Positions 27,101-39,248 of a stretch of DNA of 64,000 bases are shown one piece after another (the first letter of the stretch is position 1; each line of letters begins with the position of its first letter). Under the pieces are notes generated by a model. It was not told the origin of the DNA. It did not search any database and saw only the letters and a program-made list of their open reading frames with translations. Made by a program: the position numbers and the translations under genes. The DNA comes from Lytechinus pictus (Eukaryota): positions 7,132,001 through 7,196,000 of the forward strand of contig NC_087249.1 of assembly GCF_037042905.1 (NCBI RefSeq), in the 5' to 3' direction.

Positions 27101-30100
27101 AAAATGGCAACAAAATGACAAACATACAGAAATATAAAAATCTCAAAATCTGGTGTTACCAATTTGCAAAAAAAAAATTGATACATTACAACTTCCAATA
27201 CTTTTGTCACTAATGTGATGAAATACCAACCTCTATTAAAATTGACAATCTGGTTTTGCCAATTTGCCCAAGGAAAATAAATCACTTAGTTTCAAATAAC
27301 TCTGTCACACATGTAATGAAATGCCAACCTCTAATAATAGAAAACCTGGTGTTGCCGATTCACTGGAAAAAATCAATCAATTCAAATTTCAAATATTTCT
27401 GTCACAAATGTTATGAAGTAAAAACACTATTGTCAGGTGTTGCCAATTTGAGGAGTGAACTGGTTTCACGGTACACCATGTAATCTTTCATGGGCATACA
27501 TGCATATGTTGGTCCTGAAAAGGACCAACCAAACTCAAACATATGCCCATGAAACCACTACACTCTTCTTCTTTTTCACCATGGTAACCTTCAGAAGTTA
27601 CATGTTGCCAATTTGCTGAAGAAAATAAATAAACTACACTTTTACAATAATAACCTCCTAATGACCCTCAATGCAGCAATATCATCCTGCTGATCCGTCT
27701 CCTGGACGAGGTTATCTTCCAAGGCAAACTCCACCGTGCCATGAGGATTGTCATTAGCTTCTACAGAGATGATGGCTTCAGGCTGGTTTCCGACCACTCC
27801 TCCGCCGGTAGCATTCACCAGGAGCAGTACAACATTCTGCAAAGAAAGGATCACCATTACATTATAGATTAATCTCACTTGGAATGAACTAAAAATGAAT
27901 ATGAAATGTATTTTGTATCTTATTTTTACAACCTCTTCTATGCCAGTAGCATTCGCCAGGAGCAGCATAACGTTCTTCAAAAGAAAGGATCACCATTGAA
28001 ATGAACTAAAAATGAACATGAGATGTATTTCTCTTTCATATCTCCTGATTTTTACTAGCACCAAGGAACAAAAATCGACGAGTTTGGTAGTCAATTGGTT
28101 TATATAAATAATGTGACATCTGTCCCAACGTACCTCTCTTTCTTCCGGTACATCATCGGGCAGGATGTTGAGCGTGAAAGTCCTTGTGACATCGTTGGAT
28201 ACAAAGTAAAGGGTTCCTCCGGTAGGAAAGACATCATCCACGGCTAGCTCACCTGCAAAGAACATCAACATCCCCATCAATTAAAGATGTCAAGAATTTC
28301 ACAAAGAAATTTTTACATTTTACAAATTGTTCTTTTCCAGGAAAAGACTTTAATCAATATTTCTCCACAAATCATAGAATCAAATACATTACAAACAATA
28401 AAACACATGTATAGAAAACAAAATTTGAATAAGCTTGATGTGCTTTGATCCATCAAGATCTACATCTACAATAGAGTGAATTTGTTTCATATCCATGGTG
28501 AGTTCCATCTCATGCTGATATTTTAATTTCTTTTAAAATATGGAAAATGATAAATAAACATTTACACGTCTAGTTGAAAACATATATCTAGCATATAAAA
28601 TATCATTATTAAAAGTAGAAGAATTTCCACCTGGTATGCCAAATACAAAATCATTAAAAGATAACTCATTCCATCCCTCACCTGACTCCTTAGCTTCTAA
28701 TGCCATTATTACATAATCACCCAGACATCTTTTATCACCTTCATCTTATTCCTCATCGGTTTATAATTTATATTATGAATTGGATTACTTCATTTTAGTT
28801 GGGCTCTCCTATTTTTTTTAATTTCATTGGTTAGATTTAAGTCAGTTTAAATAGTGTTATGTTTCTATAGCTACAAATTTGATGTGGGCCATAATGGCCT
28901 ATGGTATAAGAAGAGAAGTGATTTCAATAAACACACACAGAAATGACACCAGATTTCTTCGACTTCAGTTTCTATGCGTCTCCTAGTTTCACCTCATTCC
29001 CCTTTGGCTGATTGAGTTTGCTGATTTAGAACTTCATTTATTTTCTACCCTTAAATGAACTTATAATTTTCAATCCTACACTTGTTTTAAATTTCAAATA
29101 GAAATCATACTGGATTTTATTTCTAGAATCGACACTTTGAGAAATTTCTTTTTTTTATAAGTTTGTTGCAATTGATACTGTGGTATAACATGTACACATG
29201 ATATTGATTGAATGGATGAGGATCAGTTTTCGGTGAGGGCCTCACGTGATTGGTGTTACAACTTGAAAATAACATGTTGTTACCATTGATTGTTGCTTGC
29301 CACTCGACAGCCACAACACCGATGGTACCCCCACTCCTGATGACGCTGAGCGTCAACTGTCTTGTCTCTCCTTCTTCTGGTTCAGTCACAATCTGACTAG
29401 AAAATCCAAATCCTGAAGAAAAAAACAAGCAAAGGGGCCAATTATTTCAAGTTCTTTGTAAAATCACTGCCAACTATCAATAAACTTACTACATGGAATT
29501 CATAAAAGAATATTCAGATTATACACATATGAACTGAACATCTGATGGAACTGAAATCAACTCTATTTTTCAATTAAACTACCGTATTATGTGTGGGAAA
29601 ACTAATCATATAAATATTTGGGACGGTTGTACGCTACTTCATCCTGGTTGATTCAATAATATTTCCATGTGTAGGTACAGGTATTAGAAGAACTTTAAAC
29701 ATATCACGACACCAAGAAATTATTTATATCCAGTATGTTTAGATGTATTTTATTTCACTAATTTTACTGCCTTTACCTACTTTGATAATGGTAAAACTGA
29801 TGATTCTGATTAACAATTGGAAACTCATGACTGATCAATTCATTTCATTTAGTGTCATATCAGTGAAGGCTTCAAACATTGTCTCAAAAGACTAAAACAT
29901 GCAAGGCAGATTGCTTTACTGAAACCAATGACAATTTTTTTTTTCATTTTTCTATGCAATTATTTTTCTTAGTAATTCAGCTCACCAAAGTTCCCATATG
30001 GGTCATCGGACTGCTTAATGATCACCTCTGCCTCATCGGGTGACCCCAGAACAGCGCCCCCTGTAATCTGCTCCAACAAGACGACCCTGAATGTCTCTGC

Positions 30101-33100
30101 GACCTCCGGAGTCTGGTCGTTGATGACCTCTAGTGGGAGGGGCTTGGTCGTCTCGCCGTCATACAGGATGACGTCGGTTGAGGTCACCGAGTAATCAACT
30201 CCTACCTCTGCGGTTCCAGGGATGGTTTGGAACTTGACAGTCACCTGGAATGGTTAGGCATTAAAGAAATGGTTCTAACAATCGAGATTAAGGATATCAT
30301 CATAGAAAAAAGTGACGATATTGAGGTGTGTTAGCTTAGTCAGTAGAGCGTTGGTGTCAGAAACCAGTGACCTTGGATTGATTCAAACTTGTTGTGCTAG
30401 CGCCCTTTAATGAGGCATTCTCATTACCATATCCCTTGTCCTCTGGTTACTTGCTTACAAGCATTCATGCTTCTGTAGCATGAATTAGCCATGTCGGTGA
30501 CTGAAAATGAAATAAATTAAGATTATATCTCAATTAATGTATGTCATGTAGACTATTAAACAGTGCATAACTTTACCTAAATATTGAGATAGTTATGTAG
30601 ACGTACTGTACATTGCCAAGTCTCTTATTAAAAATGGGAGGTGCACTATTACATTCTGTAGACCTACGTGTGCCTACAAGTCTCTATTTATTGTGGGAGG
30701 TACGTTATTACATTATAAAGACGTAAGCACCAAGACTATATCCACATTCAACTCTTTGTACATTGACCCGTAACCCGTGTGTTGCATTATTGTAGCAGCT
30801 TGCAGTGAACCCGTCTACGTAGTGTAATACTCTCTGTTCTTTAGAGGGCTATAACTTTTATTTAAGCGTTTTGAAAGGACATGTTGCGTAGTAAACTTGC
30901 AAAGTGCTTTAAAAATGGGCTTTCTTGCCATGTGCAAATTTATTGGATTACTAATTTCAAAACTTTGGCCCTTTTTATATTGGTTCTTGTATAACTGGCA
31001 TGATTTGTTTGTATTCATACCTAAATCATGATAATCTGACATAAATTGCCCATACCATAGTGAAAAGGAAAAGGGAGTAAATCTCCACCTGGTCAGAGAA
31101 TCTCTGACAAAAGCACCTCTTTCAAATAAGTACCATGCATCACAACTTCTAACAATGAACCCATCCATTGTATTGTTTGTGAGGAGGGTTTTATTGATTT
31201 TATTTTCAATGAACTTCCTGGGTCTGTGTCAGAATGCATTGATTTTTATTTTCAAATTGTAAAAAAGGTACAATAACTCCCCCAACTTAGTGGTTTTGAA
31301 AGCGAATGTAGTCAGAATGTATTGATTTTTATTTTCAAATTGTAAAACAGGTACAATAACTCCCCCAACTTAGTGGTTTTGAAAGTGAATGTATCCCAGA
31401 CAAAACTATGAATGTATCCAAGACAAAACTACAAAACTACAAGACAAAGAGGCACCTATAGAGAAGTATGTGGTTGTGCAAACAATGCAAATGAAACACA
31501 CTGTATTGATGCCAACGAAACACACAAAGAGTGACATCTATGGTGTATAGACTTACAGTGCCAAATGTCCCGGCTGATCTTGTGACATTGATAACGGATT
31601 GGGTCTGTCCCTCTGTCACATACACTTGGTCTGACGACAGCTGTAGAACGCCATTTGCATTGTCATTGGCAATGATCTTCACCTCACCGATGTTCTCAGT
31701 TCCAACTCTGGGAGAATTCGCCACTACAAATAGAAGATATATGATTTTCAAATAATTCATTTATATAATATATTTATTCGGTATTTATTCATATATTAAT
31801 TCATTCATTTTCATTCAATTTCTCAGATTTTATTAATTCAGCCACTTATCAGAAATTTACTCATTCATTCTCCAATCATTTACATGTATCTTTCTTATTT
31901 TTAATTTATTCATTCAATCACTCATCTCTCTCTGTCTATCCATCCCATCATTATTCATTCATTCATTCATTTATTCATGCATTAATTCATTCCAATAGAA
32001 TGACCCAGAAAAATGGTTACATCTCTTTCAAATGAGTTCGAACTATTACCTGGGTTGTTCTGAGCAGGATTGACAATCAAGGCACTGATGATATAGACAA
32101 AGATACTCTCCTCCGTCTCGGGAATGGCATCGTCGAGTAGCTGGATGGTGATATTGGCCGTCTCTTGACCGGCCAAGAACAACACCATACCTTGCGTCGC
32201 TACAAAGTCCACTCCCTCCTCGGCTCTCCTGAAACAAGAGCATAATTTTAGAAAGATAGCCTAATGTGGGCGCGTCATGGTCTAGTGGTTCTGATTCTTG
32301 TCTTTTCAAACAGAGGGTCGTGGGTTCAAATCCTAGCCATGGCTGCTTTCCCTCAGCAAGAAATTCATCCACATTGTGCTTCACTCAACCCAGGTGAGGT
32401 AATGTAAATGGGTACCGGTAGGATTGATTCCTTGAATGCACTGTGCGATGTTGATAAAGCGTTAGCTCGAGCTAAAGCAGTTGGGGGTAATATTAGTAGC
32501 TGTACTTTGTATCCAAAAAGCACTATACAAGTCCTAATGCTATTATTCTTATTATCGATGTATTTTATATCCTAAAATTAACACTCGTTCAACACATACA
32601 GTACATACAAATACTTACATGTATAACTGTCCATGGTGTGGTAATTTTGTAAACACAGTCTAATGATATGTATTATAGACGGGTCAATATATGGTTTGAC
32701 CCGGAACAAATTGCAACAAATGATTTTTCAACGGTATTTTGTACTATTTGACCTCAGGAATAACATACTAAAAATCTACCAAAATCCGCATCCGGGAAAG
32801 TGGTTATTTTCAAGATGGCGTCCAAGATGGCCGTCATTCACTAAAAATGGATATAACTCACTCATTATCCACCCTAGAATCCTATTTGGATTCATATTCC
32901 ATGATCCAATGGGTAAAATAATTTATTTATACAAGTTAGAGTGAATATTAGCACTCCAGGGTACCAGGAAAATCCAAGATGGCGCCCAAAATGGTTGCCG
33001 TAGTCTAAAAAAATCCACAATTCATCTATTACTTACTTAAGTGTCTTTAATTTGGTTTCCATTCGATTGTTTTAATGATGAAGTAGTACGTCGGGACAAG

Positions 33101-36100
33101 TTACAAGGGCAGCCAGTGGTCTGGTGTGCCGGAAAATACAAGATGGCTTCCAAAAATTGAGTTTAAAATGGCTGTTAATCCTTAAAATGGACATAGCTCA
33201 TATCACATCCACCTGAGAGATAAGATTTTGATGTCTAGACCATGGTTCCAATGGTCAAATAATACATTGTGACAAGTTACAAGGACAGTCAGTGGTCCGG
33301 TATGTTAAAAAATCCAAGATGGCTTCCAAAAATGGAGTAAAAAGGGCTGTTGCTACTTAAAAAAAACCCAACATAGTTTGTTAAATATCCGGGAATATGA
33401 TTTTTTGTGCCTATACCATGGTTAAATGGGTCAAATAATAAATTGGGATAGGTTACAAGGACGTTTGGTGGTCAAGTATGTCCAAAAGTCCACGGTGGCT
33501 TAAAAAATAGTATCAATTAGCCGCGATGGTATTTAAAAATGGACATAGTTATGTTTTATTCGTCAAGGGCATATGATTTTGTTGCCTATATCATGGTTTC
33601 AAAAGGCAGAAAATTAGTTACAAGGACAGTCAGTGGTCCAGTATGTCGAAAATCTAAGAAAGCTTCCAAAAATCGGAGTCTAAAATGACTGCTGTTACTT
33701 TAAAAATGGACATAGGTCCTTTAAAATCAACCTAGGAGATATGATTTCGGTGTCCACACTATGGTTTCATGATTAAAATAATACGTTTGGACTGGTTACA
33801 TTGATATGCAGTTGTCCAGTTTGCCTAAAACACAAGAGGGTTTTTAAAAAAGGAATCTAAAACGACTCATATCATTCAATAGTGGTCAGAGTTCTACAAT
33901 ATTCATCTGCAAGAAATAATGTTGGTGTCCAAATTGTGGTATGAAGGTCAAATAATACATTCGGAAAAGTAACAAGGATGGTTAGTACCCCATTTTGTCA
34001 AAGAATCCATGATGGATTCTAAAATTTCATCAAAATGGGTGCTGTTACCAACTCATGAAACAATATGATAACTTGTCCCCATGCATTTAAGTGTAGGCAC
34101 CAAGATTATTTCTAACAGGTAGATATTATTCTTATGTAACGGTAGTCACTTTAGAACCCATTCTTAAGCCAACTTGGATTTCAAGGCAAAATGGATTGCT
34201 GCATATCATGGTAACCAGTCCCAAAGTATTGTTTGGCCCTTGAAACCCTAGTGTAGACACCAAAATAATATCCCCAAGGTGTATTGATAATGTTCTACAT
34301 CCACTTTTAAGTAACAGCAGTCTTTAAGACCCCCCTTTTTAAAGCCATCTTTGATTTTTAGACATACCTGACACCTGACTGTCCTTTGAACTTATCCCAA
34401 TGTATTGCTTGACCCTGTAAACTCTAGTATAGACAGCAAAATCATACCTCCAAGGTGTATTTATAATAAACTATGCATACTTTTAAACAGCAACAGTCAA
34501 TTTACACCCCATTTTTTGAAGTAATCTTGGATTTGTTAACATACAGACAACTGACTGGTCTTGTAACTTACCCTAGTGTATTACTTGACCCTTTTAAACC
34601 ATGCTTTTAACACCAAACTCATATTCCCCAGACAGATGTTAAACAAACTATGTCCTTATGTAAGTAACATCAGACATTTTCTTACTCCATTTTTGGAAGC
34701 CATCTTGTAATTTTGGACATACTAAGCCACTGACTGCCATTGTCTTGTCCTAATTTATTATTTGACCCTTGAAACCATAGTTTAGACACCGAAATCATAT
34801 CTCACAGGCTGATTTAAAACGAGCTATGCCACTTTTAAGTATCAACCGCCATTTTAGAATCAAGTTTTGGAAGCCAACTTAGGTTTTTTGACCGACCAGG
34901 CCACTGACTGTCCTTGTAACTTGCCCTAATGTATTAATTGATCCTTAGTGGTTTAGACACCAAAATCACCTTTCCAGGCCGATATGAAATGAGCTTTGTC
35001 CGTTTTAAGTATCAGCAGCATATTTTTAAGACCAATTTTTGGACACCATCTTCGATTTTTGGACATACCAGACCATTGACTGTCCTTGTAACTTATCCTA
35101 ATATATTTTTTGACCCTTGAAACCAGTGGTTTAGACATCAAAATCACATATCCCAGTCCAAAATGAAATGAGCTATGTCCGCTTTAAGTATAAGCAGCCA
35201 TTTCAGAATCAATTTTTAGAATCCATCGAGGATTTTTGCACATACCAGCCCACTGACTTTCCTTGTAACTTGTCCCAATGTATTATTTGACCCATTGAAC
35301 CATGGTATAGAAAAAAAAAATCATATTTCTGGATATAAAGCAAACTATGTCGGGTTTTTTAAGTAGCAACAGCAGTTTTCGACTCCATTTTTTGGAAGCC
35401 ATCTTGGATTTTTGAACATACTGGACCACTGACTGTCCTTGTAACTTGTCCCAATGTCTTATTTGACCATTGAAATCGTGGTCTAGACACCAAAATCATT
35501 ATGTCCCAGGCGGATATGAAATGAACTATGTCCATTTTAATTATCAACAGCCATTTTAAACTCCGTTTTTGGAAGCAATCTTGGATTTTTGGACACACCA
35601 GACCACTGGCTGTCCTTGTAACTTGTTTCAATGTATTATTTCACTCTTAAAACCATTGAATGAAAAACAAATTTAGATGAATTGTGGATTTTCAGCCTAC
35701 GGCAGCCATTTTGGGCGCCATCTTGGATTTGCCTGGTACACTGGAGGGCTTATAATTCTTTCTAGCCTAAATCAACTTTTGTACCCCAGACCATGGAATA
35801 TAGAACGAAATAGGATTCTAGGGTGGATAATGTGTCAGTTGTATCAATTTTCAGTGAATGGCGGCTATCTTGGACGCCATCTTGAAAATAACCACTTTCC
35901 CGGATGCGGATTTTGGTAGATTTTTAGTATGTTATTCCTGAGGTCAAATAGTACAAAATACCGTTGAAAAATCATTTGTTGCAATTTGTTCCGGGTAAGG
36001 CTATTTTTGGTCGTATATTGACCCGTCTATTATAACAAAGAAATAACAACTCTAGAGAGTGCCGCACACCAACTGAAAATGTTTAAGGAATGTTTCAGCA

Positions 36101-39100
36101 CCCCCGTTTCCCATGGGGTTCTTACCTAACATGTGCTGGAAGGTTGGTAAGCTCTTCATTGAAATTCAGAGTGGCATACATCACTCTAACATCTCCATCT
36201 TGGCCTCTGTCTCGCAAAATCTGAAGAAAATATGCAAAAATGTCAAAAATCAATAATTAATGTTTTAGGAGGCAGAATATAAACAAATGTCCATTCTCCA
36301 ATTAAATAATATATGACTAAATCATACATATATATATATATGTAACAGATCATAATTTGCTGAAGAAAATTTACCAAAATAAGATTTTAAGTTGTCTTGT
36401 CAAGGGGAATTGCTGTTTTGCAAGCCATTATCTTTCATGATTGTTTCCCAGACTCATTTTGACACTCCACATTCAAGAAAATCATGTCATATGTACACTG
36501 TAACTTGTTTTTATGAAATACTGAGCTCAAACATGCTTTTGAAAGACTATGAAATATCTTTGTGTGGAATACGAGGGTGTATATGTTTTACAATGTTGAT
36601 AGGGAATCACATAATTAATACGTCAGTCACATCTGCAGTCAGACCGCAGGTCCCTATGCTAATGAGCAAAAAGGCCAGATTCATCCAAATCATCTCGTGG
36701 CTGAATCCTCCTCCTTGCAAAATCTTGTGATTCATGAGATTTTCTTTCTCTAAGAATTTACCTGTTTTAACATCAAGTTAAATGAAATATTATTACACGA
36801 TCAGATAGAGTAAAAATTACTCTTTCATATTGGTCATTTACTTTGTATACAATATTTTGTTAAATAAGTAAATTTCTGGCCTGAAAATGTGCCTAAAAAC
36901 TGAATCTTCTTCCTCTGTTTTCTTTTGCAAATTGTGCAAAACTTTTTATTTTAAGCCTCAATGATATTTATATCACCATAAAGCTGAACATCTGTACTTT
37001 CTCACAAAGTCACTCTTGATATGCGGCACCTTTTAATCGGGTCAAGATCACAATTTTCCCACCAAGGTACAAGACGAGATTTCTGAAATTTTGTACTTGC
37101 ATGAAATCCAGAGTTCTGATTGGCTGGATAAGGTTCACAGAACAACAGGCGCGGGGTATTTGAGGAGATTACCACGTGGGAAGTGTGACCTTCCCACGAA
37201 CCCATGCACTGGAACCGTTGGAATTTGCCATTGTGTGGTCTCTTTGACCAATCAGAGTGCAGTATTCTTGTTTTCAAGCTGCTTTATGTACTTGGCAAAT
37301 GAAAAGTGTGATCTTGACCCGATTAAACCAATTCTTATTTTGAAACCTATATCATTTCAAAGCATACATATTCAGCTTTATCATGATATAAAAATCATTT
37401 GGGCTCAAACAAAAATAAAGTTTGAAAATAGCAGCTTTTGTCAGGTGAAAATATTTATTTTGTAGCATATTTTAGATCAAAATTTTAACCTATATTACAA
37501 AATCTTTGAATAAATCCAAACACATGACCTGAAAGAATGATTCTTCTTCTTTACAATGGTACCAAATTCATGAAATTCGATGCACAATTAGAGCAGCAAT
37601 GACCGAATGAAAAGAGGTGTTTTGGTCCGTATCAAGCTCATTAAATATGCAAAACATCTCAAGTCATGAATATCACTTGGATGAAAGAAGCCACTTTCTT
37701 GGGACCTGCAGTCTGACTGTCTGCTCCATGGCGGCCGTACGGCGAGTCGAAAACAGCCGTTTTAACATCTTTAGTACCAGCTATACATAGTTTGTTTGAA
37801 TAAAACGGCTGTTTTCGACTCGCCATAGAGCAAATGTGACCGAGGTATTAGGAATAACAAGCTTATTTAATCTTCATTACATATCTCTGTGCTTAAAAGA
37901 TAATCTCATAACTAAATGTCAAAGGTTACCTACCTGTAAAGTCACTTCAGTGCTTTCTTCTGTTGCCATGACAACTCGGGACTGCGGGCTGATAACAAAC
38001 ACTCCATAGGGATCGTCATTGGCCATGACCGACAGCACTGCTTGCGAAGCATTGCCAATTTGACCGTCGGTGACCATGATTAGGTTTACATTGAATAATT
38101 CATCCAACTCCGGAACCTACATGTATGTCAAGAAAATAACCAAGCAGTTAAGAGTCGCGTCATTTATCAATTGATTACTGAATTCTGGGTCCCGTCTCAC
38201 AAAGAGGAACGATTGATCCAATTAACCTCAACTACATGTATATGGAAATCCATCAATATCATAATTCTTTCTACATGAAATTGGCTCATGCCCTTATTTT
38301 AAACAGGAAAAAGCATACTGAATTGTCAAGAAAACAATGAATGTATGAATATACATCCTAATTTGAAAACATATCGATCAAGCATGCATTCTAGATGTTG
38401 GCGTTGCTGGCTGTCCATTGTTGTGGTTGATCAGATCAATCACAAGTCAGATTTTGTACAGTCCCAACAGATTCTAGTCAGCAAGAGATTCAGATTAAAG
38501 TTTAATAGCTTGATTGTATCAGGGTATTACATTAAGAGAAAAATTACACTTTAACATATCAATGACAAAACCATTAAAAAAATGTCAAATGGAAACTCCT
38601 TTTATTCAAATACAAAACAGCGCAACATTTAAGATTGATTCTTACACTATCAGGTTGAACATTTATCACAATTTCAGCTGTCATCTGATTCACATCAAAT
38701 GTCACGTTGCCAGAAGAGGTCACCAGGTCGCTGCTGATGAGTGCATTAGGGTTCATGGGGTCAGAGGTCACCGACCAGAAGACCATGACCTCACCAAGTG
38801 CTCCACCGAGACGTATCACCTGGGAAAATGAAGATGAAGATAGGTCTCTTAACAAATCGTCAAGAACTACATAAACATGTATTGCAGGTGATGTAGTAAG
38901 TATTTTTACCATACTTTGAACTTGGTTACCTGATAACAGATTTGGCAAATGAATGACAGAATAGCATCCAAAGCTATATTAAACTTGTAGGAGCTAAGAT
39001 CACTCTTAAGATGGTACGAGAAGTATTATTTCTGGTTGGTGGCCGACTACACCAGGGTTTACCTCTTGTCGCATGAGAATATTGCAATAGTATTTCATGT

Positions 39101-39211
39101 GAAAAGATGGTAACCCTCTTCTACACAGGATGATGATGAAGCCAATGATGATGATTATGGTGATGATGATGATGACGATGATGATGATGATGATGATGAA
39201 GATGAAGACAG

Positions 39212-39248
<37 letters not shown>

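Noticed and set aside
30815..31168. 117-aa minus-strand ORF, possibly a decayed retroelement fragment
   Set aside because: No motif I can identify with confidence, and not needed for ADGRV1 phase continuity.
32266..32345. tRNA-like sequences (also near 21430, 48775, 60745, 62940)
   Set aside because: They are SINE heads attached to a shared core and tail, with degenerate stems; not tRNA genes.
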